A program made the translations under genes and the position numbers. From the human T2T-CHM13v2.0 reference genome, Homo sapiens, in the NCBI RefSeq assembly GCF_009914755.1, contig NC_060931.1: a DNA stretch of 64,000 nucleotides; one strand, given 5' to 3'. Of the stretch, positions 26,064 through 40,445 are shown in pieces. The first letter of the stretch is position 1; each line of letters starts with the position of its first letter. Under the pieces are notes generated by a model. It was not told where the DNA came from. It searched no databases and saw only the letters and a program-made list of their open reading frames with translations.

Positions 26064-26442
26064 AGGTTTACACTTTCCCCAAGCTCCAATGAATTATTAC
26101 TTTGCACGTTGGAGGCCATCGATCTAGGCAGTATGTGGATAGTTAATAGTTATTGTTGAATCACCAAGGAAGGTCCTAGTGAAGACTGCTGTGGTGTCCT
26201 ACTTGATCTGAAAGGAAAATTTGCCACACCAGTAAATCGAAGTCCTTTCTAATAATAAGCTTGCAAATGTAAGCCCTTGTACTTCATCCAGAATTTTACC
26301 TGCCCCTTTTGTAATAAAAACTTCCCATAACTGTCCTGTTCCAGATGGTAACCTAAGTAGTTACATGTGTTATTTAATCCTTAATGATAACAATTGGGTA
26401 AGTTATCTCTTAAGGTAACTTATTAATACATTATCTAATAAA

Positions 26443-26529
26443 TGAATAAGTTAAACATCTTAAACCCTGTTTCCTCATCTGCAAAAGGATGAGGAAACTG
26501 AGGGTTTAAGATGTTTAGTAGCTTATTCA
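26443..26529. repeat. Near-perfect inverted repeat (MIR-derived hairpin)
   Basis: 36 Watson-Crick pairs in stems of 11+17+8 bp, 2 GU pairs, loop gcaaaa. Confidence 0.9.
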
Positions 26530-28752
26530 ATAGGTGGTAACTGGCAGAACAAGAGTTTGAACTGGTCTTAGTTACACCAGGGCCTGTGCTTAAATATTAC
26601 GCCTTGCAAGTACCTGGTCTGCTACACTGCCACATTTCTGAAGCATGATCTTCTACAGAGTTGTTAGCACAGAGCAGATGCTCCCTGATTAAGAGGGGCA
26701 GCTGGCCACCAGGCAGCCTGGAGAAGCAGAAAGCACCAGACATGCTAATTGTCTCAGTTTAGACCCCAACTCTGTGAATTGGGCATGTAACTTCTATGAA
26801 TGTTTTCTCAGCTATAAAACAGACCCCATGCCTTCCTTGCTGGTTTGGAGTGAGGATTACATTGTGACTGCACACGTTAAGGTGTCCAGACCTCGAGAAT
26901 GTGACAATCTGCTGGGGTCATGACAGACCAAAAAGTATTTCTTCTCAGTTTTAGTGACGGTTTATTTTTAGGAAATGTGCATGGTGCCATGGTAAGTCTC
27001 TGGATCTGCTTCTTTGTGCACAGAGATAGTCTTTTGGAGTTACTTCCATGGAAATAAGGTAATTTTGGTCAAAAGAGGAAAGGTGTTAGTAATTGGAGTT
27101 ATAAAATACACCATTCTTTGTAAGTAATGCCGAGATGGTTTATCAGAGTCTCTCATCTTTAATGAAAACTTCTGCTGCTTTTCAAGCAAACTTGGTTCCC
27201 ATAATTTGGGATTCATCCACAGAATGTTCAAAGTTTAGTGTCAGCCATTTTCAGCAGAAAATAGAGGCTGACAATTTCCTGTGTTCTTTAGAAGACTTTG
27301 AAAGCTTCATGGGAAGAATGAAGACTATTCTTGGCCTGAACATTTGCCCCATGGGGTGCTGGACCCAGCCAAACAGCCTTGTATTGGCAAAGGAGGGTCA
27401 AGTGAAAGGAGACCTTGTTCTGCGCCAGGCTCTCAAAAAGGGTAGCCTGAAACCCTATTGGCCACACGGAACCTCTTTTAGATGCTGTTTGTGGACCTGC
27501 CGAAATCGAATGCCACTCAGGCTTTCTGAAACCCTATGGGGGTGGGAAGAGGCAGTAGCTGACACCTCTGAGAGCAGAGGTTTGTGAAGATGTGGCATAG
27601 ATGAGGAGGCTAGCAGAGGGGGGGTAGTCAGACACTACCAACAAACTTCCTTTTTGTTCTCTTTGTTCTCTCTTCGAGGTGGGCCACCCCGCTTAGCTCC
27701 CTTTTGTCCAAGTGTGTTGCAAGGGAGCAGCATTTCACCGGGAGATTTGCACGTAAGTAGAGCACAGATTCCCCTGGGTGAGGGGCTGGCTCTCACCCAA
27801 GTGTGGGGATACCAAACTAACTTGTTCTGGCAAAGGCATACAACTTTTTTACCCCTCATTTAATTCTGTTGTCTTTGAATTTTTAATGATCTCTTTCATA
27901 TTTAAATATATGCTGTACTCTAGCGTAGCACAGAAAAGTTCCCTGTGTCTTGGATAAGCCAGTAGTTTTAAGCAACTTGGCAAATGGTGAGTGAAGTAAT
28001 GAGCACTCTGGCATGGCCCCTGGTGTTAATGTGAGCTATTTTCCCTGCATTTCAGAAGTCGGAATATATCGGTGGGACATAATAGGAGCTGTCCAATTTT
28101 TTTTTCCTTAGGGATAACTCTCAATGTGATTATACAAATCTCTGGCTTACCCTGATAAAGTTAAAAAACAAAACTAAATGTTGTATTCAATATTTTGGGA
28201 ACACAGTTCTCTCACCCAGACACAAATGAAATCTTCCTTAGACCTTTTTATTGCTGGGCAGAGGTGCCAGGAACTCAAATTGGCATTTTCTCAAATCTCC
28301 ACCTCATTAGTGCCTATTTAGACCCCATCCCTAAGAGTCAGGTGCTTTGGAAGATGGAATGGAGGCCGCTGATAAAAATCCATTTTCTGTAGTCTCCATT
28401 CAGGTATGATTGGCCTGATTATAGCTCATGTCCTGAAAAGGAGATAGGTTTTTTTCTCCAACTTGTAAGAACTGATGAACTCATCCCACCAAATGCGAAT
28501 GTTTTAGACAGTATTCAAACTGGGAAAAATACCTGCCTATCAAGGGAGAGAGAACTCACTTTGAAGTCTAAGGGAAGGAAACAAAATTGAAAAGTGCTGC
28601 AACAAGTGTTTGTGGAGTACTTGCTGTGTGCCAAATACAGAGCATTCACATAGATTGTGAACTAGAGCTCCTGAGAAGGCTATGACATGGGCATTTCCAC
28701 CTCTTTATAAAAACAAGCAAGCTAAAATATCACGGTGTGATTCCATAACATT

Positions 28753-29240
28753 TGTATTTGTTATCCATTGTTCCACAATAAATGCCCCTCAATCCTGGCA
28801 ACAAAATTTAAACCACAACAATCTGTAATAGTAACATTCATTATCTTAGTTTCTGCAGGTTAGGAATTAAGCGGTTTAGCTGGGTGGTCTGGCAGGGTGC
28901 CTTGCAGTAAAGATGTTGGCTGAGGCTACAGTCAACTGTGGGCTTCAATGGGGCTGGGGGATCTGCTTCCATGATGGCTCACTGACATCACTGGCAAGTT
29001 GACGTTAAGAGGCCTCAGCCCCTTGCCACATGGACCTCTCCACAGGGCTGCTTGAGTGGCCTTGTGACATGGTGGCTGGCTTTCTCCTAGAGCAAGTAAT
29101 CCAAGAGAGAGCAAGGCATAAGCCACATGGCTTTTATGACCCAGCTCTGAGAGTCACACACATGATTTCCCAATATGCTATTGCTAATGCAGCTTAGTCC
29201 TGTTCAATGCATGAAGGAGCTGTACAAGAGCGGGCGTACT
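28753..29240 (-). mobile_element. MLT1 (ERVL-MaLR; MLT1F/G-like) LTR, truncated at the right
   Basis: ggggctgggggatctgcttcc, ctctccacagggctgcttgagtg, cttttatgacccagc motifs. Confidence 0.75.
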
Positions 29241-29250
29241 AAATAAAGGT

Positions 29251-31086
29251 GGCACAAATACAGCAAGCTTTTATAAATAGTCTTATTTGGCAAACCCATT
29301 TAGCTGACTTTCTGGGTATTCTTGATAATCATTTTCCTAAAATGAAACTATTTCAGTTTTTGAAATTAGCTAATTGGATTCTCCCTAAAATAACTAAATT
29401 TAAACCAATTGAAGGTGCTGATAATGTTTTTACAGATGGGTCTAGTAATGGTAAAGCTTCTTATTCTGGTTCAAAAACTAAAGTTTTCCAGATGCCCTAT
29501 ACTTCAGCTCAAAAAACAGAGCTGGTAGCTGTAATTGAGGTATTGACTGCTTTTAATATGCCTATTAATGTGATTTCTGATTCTTCATATGTGGTTCATT
29601 CCACACAGTTAATTAAAAATGCTCAGTTACAATGTCAAACAGATGAATAACTGATGACAAAAACAAAAAAGGGGGAGAAACAGGGATTACGGGACAGCCC
29701 ATATACAACTGAATCTAGCATTATTAACTTCAAATTTTTTGAGCCTGCTGAAAGGCCAGATGTTATCAGTAGCTGAACAGCATCTACAGAAACCAGCTGC
29801 AAAGACAGAAGCAGAACAACTGGTTTGGTGGAGAGACCCGATAACAAAAAGTTGAGAAATAGGTAAAATAATAACTTGGGGTACAGGCTATGCTTGTGTT
29901 TCTCCAGGCCAGAACCAGCAGTCGATTTGGATACCATCAAGACACCTGAAACCTTATCATGAACCAGATGCCAAGGAAGAGATTCTGGAAGGATCCTGAG
30001 GACCCCCCTGGTTGCAGCCATGTCAAGACTGATGCTGAGGAGGACCCCAACTGTCACGAGCAACACCCATCAAACACAGCCACCCACCTGGGGACAGACC
30101 AAGAAGCTGCCACAGATGGCAGAAGAAAACCTGAAGAAAGCAGGACAACCAGTCACAATGAGTAATTTAATGGTAGCTATGATAGCGGTAATCACCACTG
30201 CTGTGAGTATTCCTTCAATAAGGGCTGACACAGGGAACAATTATACTTATTGGGCATATTTATCAATCTTGGCTGGCAATAATGCCTGGATGTAATCACT
30301 CTATGATGCAGTTACACATGCTTTCTGATCTCAGTATTTACCATAACAAATCTGCTCCTATATTTGAGGCATACTGCCCTCAAAAACCTATTTGTAAACA
30401 GAACTGGACCTGGCCAGAAAAAATGAACGTACTTGTTTAGGAAGATTGCATTGCAGAACATGCAGAGATGCTGCACAATGATTCCTATGGAATCATTATT
30501 AATTGATCCCCTAAGGGGATGTTTAGCTTAAATTGCACCTCTCAGTCCGTGTGCCACGGCCACACTATGTTCAGCTGATCTGAACAAAACGGCCAGATGG
30601 TACATATAATAAGAAGTATGGCAAGAGTTCCTATTATCTGGAACCGTGGCAGTATAGTGACACCTCAACCTCAAATGATATGGCCCACTGTAGGAGCTAA
30701 ACATTAAGGATTTGTGGAAACTATTAATAGCTCTTAGTAAGATCAAAATTTGGGAAAGAATAAAAAAGCATCTAGAAAGACACTCTACAAACTTGTTTTT
30801 GGATATTGCAAAATTAAAAGAATATTTAAAGCATCCCAGACACACCCGACCTTAATGCCAGGATCTGGAGTGCTTAAAGGAGCTGCAGACAGATTAGCAG
30901 CTAGTAACCCATTAAAATGGATACAAACACTTGGAAGCTCTGTGATTTCAATGATGATTGTGCTTTTAATCTGTGTTGTTTGTCTTGTATAGCCTGCAGA
31001 TGTGGATCCTGACTCCTGAGAGAAGTAGCTCACCGTGACAAAGCTGTCTTTGCTTTTATCGATTTGCAAATCAAAGAAGGGGGACA
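29251..31086 (+). mobile_element. HERV-K(HML-3)/HERVK9-like internal region: pol connection/RNase H, integrase C-terminus, deleted env; defective
   Basis: ORF 29249 has VFTDGSSNGK, SAQKTELVAV, NVISDSSYV RNase H motifs; integrase tail [17 protein letters not shown]; env leader QPPTWGQ; TM end; polypurine tract aaagaagggggaca; many stops and frameshifts. Confidence 0.9.
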
Positions 31087-31599
31087 TATTGGGAGCAGGC
31101 CTCCCAAAATCTGGCCATAAACTGGCCACAAAACTGGCCATAAACAAAATCTCTGCAGCACTGTGACATGCTCATGATGGCCATAACGCCCACGCTGGAA
31201 GGTTGTGGGTTTACCGGAATGAAGGCAAGGAACACCTGGCCTGCCCAGGGCAGAAAACCACTTAAAGGCATTCTTAAACCACAAACAATAGCATGAGCGA
31301 TCTGTGCCTAAAGGGCATGTTCCTGCTGCAGATAACTAGCCAGACCCACCCCTTTATTTCTGGCCATCTCTTCATTTCCCATAAGGGATACTTTTAGTTA
31401 ATTGAATATCTATAGAAACAATGCTAATGACTGGCTTGCTGTTAATAAATATGTGGGTAAATCTCTGTTCGGGGCTCTCAGCTCTGAAGGCTGTGAGACC
31501 CCTGATTTCCCACTTTACACCTCTATATTTCTGTGTGTGTGTCTTTAATTCCTCTAGCACCACTGGGTTAGAGTCTCCCCGACTGAGCTGGTCTCGGCA
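31087..31599 (+). mobile_element. 3' LTR, MER9-type (513 bp)
   Basis: Follows PPT; tattgggagcaggcctcccaaaatctggccataaactggcc...gagctggtctcggca; AATAAA at 31444. Confidence 0.88.
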
Positions 31600-32345
31600 C
31601 TTCTCTTTGCCTTGAAAGCAGGTACAGCGGACCTTCCTGGCATCAGAAAAAGGCCTCCAGAAAAAGAGACACAGGTACTAGCAATTGCAAATTATCCAGA
31701 GCCCTTCTAAGTTGTAAGATCTGAAGGAAATGTCTGCCATCTATATTCTCAGCCACACTTAGTTTCTTAATCTGCAAGATGGAATTAATAATAGTACTTA
31801 CTTTATGACGCTGTTGCAGAAATTCATTGAATTGCTACACGCCAAACACTGAGAACCCAGCTGGGCATATAATAAGCATTCTATTGCATGGCATTATTGC
31901 CATCATTTTTACTTCTATTACTGCTACTGCTTGTAACTGCTTGTGCTTTTTTGATATGAAAGTCCACCATCAGGGAGCACTGTAGTGGAAAAGGTATTAG
32001 GCCAGGCATAGCCTTTAGTTCTCTGGCCTTGGGTCCTTCATCTGTGATATTCAGTTAACAATACCTAGCCAGTAGGGGTGTTAAAGATTAAATAAATGTG
32101 AGAATGTGCCTGTTGCTTAATCTTCCTCAAAGGGTTATGGACTCTCAGAGCCACAAGAAGGTCATCTCTCCTTTGCTCCTCGTATGCTGGGATCTGCCAC
32201 ATCAATGGCAACAGGTGGGCCTCCAGAATTTGCTCCAGGTGTTTGGAAGTCCTGACACCCTCCTGATCTTCTCTGTAACATGCACACTTTGGCCTGTGTC
32301 AGTTTGCTGGAACCACATCAGGCCGGCCCTCTTCCTGGGACAAAA

Positions 32346-32590
32346 TTCTTTCTTTTTATCTTTCTTTCTTTCTCTTTCTTTCTTTCTTTCTTTTTCTCTC
32401 TCTTTCTTTCTTTCTCTTTCTCTCTTTCTTTCATCTTTCTTTCTTCCCCTTCCTTCCCTTCCTTCCTTCCTTCCCTTCATTCCTTCCTTCCTTCTTTCTT
32501 TCCTTCCTTCCTTCTTTCCTTCCTTCCTTCCTTCTTTCTTTCCTTCCTTCCTTCTTTCCTTCCTTCCTTCCTTATTTCCTTCCTTTCTCT
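32346..32590. repeat. (TTTC/TTCC)n polypyrimidine tract, expanded tail of adjacent antisense AluJ (~32600-32860)
   Basis: Direct inspection. Confidence 0.92.
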
Positions 32591-33233
32591 CAACTCCAGT
32601 GTCCTGGCTGAAGTGCAGTGCACTGAACATTGCTCACTGCAGCCTTCACCTCTTCAGCTCAAGCGATCCTCCAACCTCAGCCTCCCAGTAGCTGGGACTA
32701 CAGATGCATGCCACCATGCCTAACTAATTTTTGTATTTTTTGTAGTAACAGGATTTCACCACATTGCCTAGTCCAGTCTCAAACTCCTGGCCTAAAGTGA
32801 GCCTTACACCTTGGCCTCCCAGAGTGCTGGGATTACAGGCATGAGCCACTGCACCTGCCCAGGAACAGAATATTGACCGCCATTTTAAAAGAATTCAAGA
32901 AGTTTGCTTGAATTCACGATCAAGCAGCTCACCAGCTGGGAATAATATAATGCCAATTTTTAGAGTAATGGCTAAATAAATCAGGATATAGCCATAGAAC
33001 AGAATACTATGTAGAAAGCGAGAATGAAGTATTCCTTTATTTCTTCTTAAGGAAATACGTCTAAGCATAACATTGAGAAAGAATGAGGTATTCCTTTATT
33101 TCCTATTAAAGAAAGAACTCTAATCATAACTTTGAGTGATAAAAGCAGGTCATATGCTATAATAACATTTAAATAATGCACACAAAATATAGCATATTTT
33201 AATTATATAGGAATGTTTATATGCATTCCATAT

Positions 33234-33590
33234 TGTGACAGTTAATTTTAAATATCTCATGGCTAGGCCATGGCTGAATACTATCTTAGATGTTTTTGTA
33301 AAGGTATTATTTAGGTAAGATTAACATTTAGATCAGTGTACTTTGAATAAAACAGATTACTCTCCATAGTGGGATGGGCCTCACTTAATCAGTTGAAGGC
33401 CTTAAAAGAAATAAGGCTGACCTCCCCCAAGGAAGAAGGAATTATGCCTCCGGGCTTTCTTTGGACTCAGGGTGCAACATCACTTCTTCCCTGGGTCTCC
33501 ACACTGATGGCTGGAGTTACCCTGCCTGCATATTTTGGACTTGCCAGCTTCCACAATTGTGTGACCCAATTCCTTACAATAAATCTCTCT
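33234..33590 (+). mobile_element. MLT2 (ERVL) LTR, 3' end missing
   Basis: tgtgacagttaatttt start; gattaacattt, cagattactctcca, atcagttgaaggcct, ccaattccttacaataaatctct. Confidence 0.82.
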
Positions 33591-33609
33591 CTCTTCTCTC
33601 TTTCTGTCC

Positions 33610-33642
<33 letters not shown>

Positions 33643-34285
33643 CACACACACATAAATATATATAGATTATGTACACATATGTATATATACATAAACCTAT
33701 GTATACATACCTATTCCTTACCAATTCCTTACAATAAATCTCTATTCTCTCTCTTTCATTCTCTCTCTATATATGCATACACGTATATAGATATGTACGT
33801 GTGTGTATATATACATAAATATATGTATACATAGATATGTGTACATAGATATGTATGTGCACGTAGATATGTGTATATAGATATGTATTTGCACATATGT
33901 ATATGCACACGTATCCATGCATACCTACATATATTTATGTACACATATGCATGCGTGTGTACACATATAATGTATGTGTACATATATGTATACATGCACG
34001 TACATATATGTATATATGTATATATACACAGATGCATGCATGTACATATATGTATATATGCGTATATACACAGGTGCATGTATACATGTGTATATATACA
34101 TGCATATACACATGTATACATGTGTACATATATATACACACATATACATATATGAAATAAAGGGGTGGGTCTGGCTAGTTATCTGCAGCAGGAACATGCC
34201 CTTAAGGCACAGATCGCTCATACACATATATATATATACACACACACATGCAAATGTTCACCCATGCACCTGCTCATACACACAC
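33585..34285. repeat. Compound (CT)n/(TA)n/(CA)n/(TATG)n microsatellite
   Basis: Direct inspection; source of the H/I/Y/T/C/V-rich ORFs. Confidence 0.95.
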
Positions 34286-34950
34286 ACTTCTGGAATTGGG
34301 TAGGGAAGGAAGGACAGTAGGGACCAGGGACATTTTAGACTTATCTGAATTGTTTTCATTTTTTAACAAAGAAAACTTACGCAAGCATTAATTTTGCAAT
34401 TAAAAGGCATTCAAACATTTTGCTGCAGGCACTGACCAATATCCCCTGTGAAATATCACTAATGTCATGTTACTTACCTCTGTTAATGTTACGAAATTAC
34501 ACTATTTCTGTTTTCTGCTTTCCTAGTTTCCTGTTGCACCGTTTTTCATCTCTGCATGGTTCCACTGTCATCTAGCTTTTTGAAAAACTCATTTTGTTTG
34601 CTCTCCTTCCAGGTCCTGGCTTCCTGTCCTGGCCATCCAATCATATCCACCGCAAACAGGCCTTGTTCCTCTGTCACTGCAGGCCAGCTCTGAACCGTCT
34701 CTTTTCTTCCACTGACATAGAAAGATGAGATGTGTCAGCACCCTTGCAAACATGAAAGCCTAGCCAGTGAAGTGCTGAGTTCTGGAAGCTTTGCCTGGGG
34801 CATGAACAGGTAGAGAAACTGCAGATTCTGTGTCAGATGAAGTGACTCAAAGGGACAGAATGGCCATCTTTGGACAGTTTAAGAGCTTTTATAAGGAAGA
34901 GGAATCAGAACTCACTTCATGTGGTGCATGGTGCCAAATCAACAAGATAA

Positions 34951-35208
<258 letters not shown>

Positions 35209-36212
35209 TGACCTATATGCGTATTTTATGTCCAAATTAAAAAGGACTATAAATAAATATGAGAGTCTTGTTATGTGTGCTGAAGTGTTTAGGGGTGAAA
35301 TGTACTAATGCTGCAATTCATTTTGAAATGCCTCCAAATAGGATGGTTTGAGGGATGGATAGTTGAATAGATTATATGATAAACTGAGCATAATGAAATG
35401 ATAATTGTAGACTTCAGGGGTGGGTATGGATGTTCACTGCAAAATTCTTTCAACTTTTCATTAAGTTTGAACATTTCTTAAGAGTGTTAATTCATTTATT
35501 TTTTAGAGACAGGGTCTTGCTCTGTTTCCCCGGCAGGAGTGCAATGATGTGATCCTAGCTCACTGCAGCCTCAACTCCTGGGCTCAAGGGATGCTCCCTT
35601 CTCAGCCTCCCAAGAAGCTGAAACTACGAGTGCGCTCCACTGCATTTGGCTAATTACCCAGGCTGGTCTCAAACTCTTGTCCTCAAGTGATCCTCCCACC
35701 TTGGCCTCCCAAATTGTTAGGATTACAGGTGTAAGCCCCACACCCCAAACGTTTTTATAATAAAACACTGAAGGGAAATTCTGATGCTGAGACCCTGCAC
35801 TTACATCTGTTAATGAGATCTTTCCTCAATTAAATATGCTGCCATTGGAAATTGGTACATTTCTTCGTCAAGGGCAACAGTTTGTCAAGGGCAACATACA
35901 CATATTCCTGGGAGAAGTGACACTGTGGGAGATTGTTGAGCTTTTTTACCCCTAAAAATGAACTTATCGGGGAATACGTTCATGATCTCTCCACAGGTTC
36001 TAATAATGAGGGGAGACCTGGGTTCTGCACCTGGCCTTGTTGTCGTGGTTACTGTTGCTTTCAGGCAATGGCACCTGTTCTCCAGGTGTGAGTCTGGACT
36101 TGTACTTGCTTTAGCCATATATGGCCACCAGAGGGCGCAGTTACCCCACAGTTGCCTGGAGCATCCACACCCCTCAAACTCACAGCTTGAAATGTCACCT
36201 GCAGCCGTCTGA

Positions 36213-36806
<594 letters not shown>

Positions 36807-37330
36807 TGACCCTCAAAGGACAGAGCCTCTGTGCCATGGGCCCTTCCCCTGGATCTGTGCATTGTCTAATATGACTGGACCCTCCTCCTCACCCCTCATC
36901 CTGCCCCAGCTCCTCTGATGACATCATCGGCTCTGGAACTGCCACTCAGCCTCTTGCAAGAGGGTCCCCTCCCTCCGACCCCACTGTCCCCTCAGGACCC
37001 CAATTCCGCTGGCACCATCTGGTGCAGGGAGTCTTTTTTTTCTCCTATACCCCACATACCGCAGAATCTAAAGTAGGGTCTATATCCTCCATGCTTCCTG
37101 TGGTTGCGTCCAAGACATTTCTCTTCCAAAGGCAGCAGAGTCACCTGCTGTCCCTCTCGGTGACTGCTGTCTGCTGGTCTTCTGCTTACACCTCCTCATC
37201 CACTGAGGACTTGGGCTCTCAGTTGACAGTGTTCTCCATCATTCTTGTCATGTCGTTAGAGGGATTGCTGCCTGGCAACCCCTCTACATTCCCCAGGAGG
37301 TTTGCAACAGTGATTTCATACAAGACGTTG

Positions 37331-37450
37331 GCGTCGTCACCCACGTGGACATGCCAGGCTACTCCCTGAGGGCGTCATCACCCACGTGGACAGGCCAGGC
37401 TACTCCCCGAGGGTGATGTCACCCACGTGGACAGGCCAGGCTACTCCCTG
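37331..37450. repeat. 41-bp minisatellite, ~3 copies, each with CCACGTGG
   Basis: Units start at 37331, 37372, 37413; core cacccacgtggaca(t/g)gccaggctactccc. Confidence 0.95.
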
Positions 37451-37987
37451 TCTCTCTGGGCACCAGGACTGCTGCAGCTCCAGTGACCTTTTCCAGTGTG
37501 CCTCTCAGCCACCTCTCCCTGCCTGCGGTCACACCTGGGACCCTCCATCACCCAGAAAGGAGACTTCAGACAGCTCCCCACTGACCTCTCTCGTTCCAGA
37601 ACTCTCCACTTGGCCTCATCACCTCACTGTCACTCTCTCTGTGTCCACTGCCTTCCTTAATCATCGTTCATAATTAAAATCAACTCCTGCAGGGCGAGGT
37701 GATTCACGCCTGTAATCCCAGCACTTTGGGAGGCCGAAGCGGATGGATCACTTGAGGTCAGGTGTTTGAGACCAGCCTGGCCAACATGGCGAAACACCCG
37801 TCTCTACTGAAAATACAAAAATTAGCCAGGTGTGGCGGTGGGCACCTGTAATCCCAGCTACTGGGAAGGCTGACGCAGGAGAATCACTTGAATCCGGGAG
37901 GTAGAGGTTGCAGTGAGCTGAGATCACACACCACTGCACTCCAGCCTGGGTGACAGAGGGAGACTCCGTCTCAAAAAAAATAAATAA

Positions 37988-38317
<330 letters not shown>

Positions 38318-38320
38318 TAA

Positions 38321-38649
<329 letters not shown>

Positions 38650-38915
38650 TGATCCACCTACCTCGGCCTCTCAAAGTGCTGGGATTACAGGAGTAAGCCA
38701 CTGAGCTCGGCCTGGCCAGACTTTCACTTTAAATTCACAGACTTCAAGTAGGCTGCCTGGCAACCGCTTTATATTCCCCCAGGAGGTTTGCAACGGTGAT
38801 TTCATACTTCCTCTCTCTCTCCTCAAACCTCCTGTGCTTCCTTCCCTCCCTCTCTTCTGCTCAGCTGAAGCTCACTTCTCTAACGTTATTAGAAGCCATC
38901 AGAGTGAATATTCTT

Positions 38916-39507
<592 letters not shown>

Positions 39508-39555
39508 TCAGGCGTTCAAAACCAGCCTGGCCAACATGGTGAAACCCTGTCTCTA

Positions 39556-39786
<231 letters not shown>

Positions 39787-40094
39787 TCAGGAGGAGCTGG
39801 GAGGATCTCTTGAGCCCAGAAGTTCAAGGCTGCAGTGAGCTGTGATTGGGTCACTGCACACCAGCCTGGGCGATGGAGTGAGACCTTATCTCTTAAAAAA
39901 AAAAAAAAAAGAATTGTCCTTTTGATTGATGAAGCCGCGGACCACCCTGAGCTGTGCTTCCTATTCCTTCTGGCTTTCCCAAGCTTTTCTTGTCCACCGG
40001 AAGCTTTCACTAGAAGGTAGAGGACTGGCTCTGTAGTTGGGAACTACAGTTGGGAACATTCAAGAATATTCTATTAACATATTTACATTTTTTA

Positions 40095-40445
<351 letters not shown>

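Larger units (their letters stand above)
23267..26085 (+). other. SEPTIN7: SEPTIN7 3' UTR (long form; end approximate)
   Basis: AU-rich sequence after the stop; AATAAA at 23597, 24258 and 26058. Confidence 0.7.

Noticed and set aside
27135-27587. 150-aa ORF downstream of SEPTIN7
   Set aside because: No recognisable domain or exon structure; cannot be supported without a homology search
33369-34303. ORFs rich in H/I/Y/T/C/V/M on both strands
   Set aside because: Read-outs of the TA/CA microsatellite
37331-37450. Repeat array as CRISPR-like
   Set aside because: Head-to-tail units without unique spacers, eukaryotic context, no cas genes
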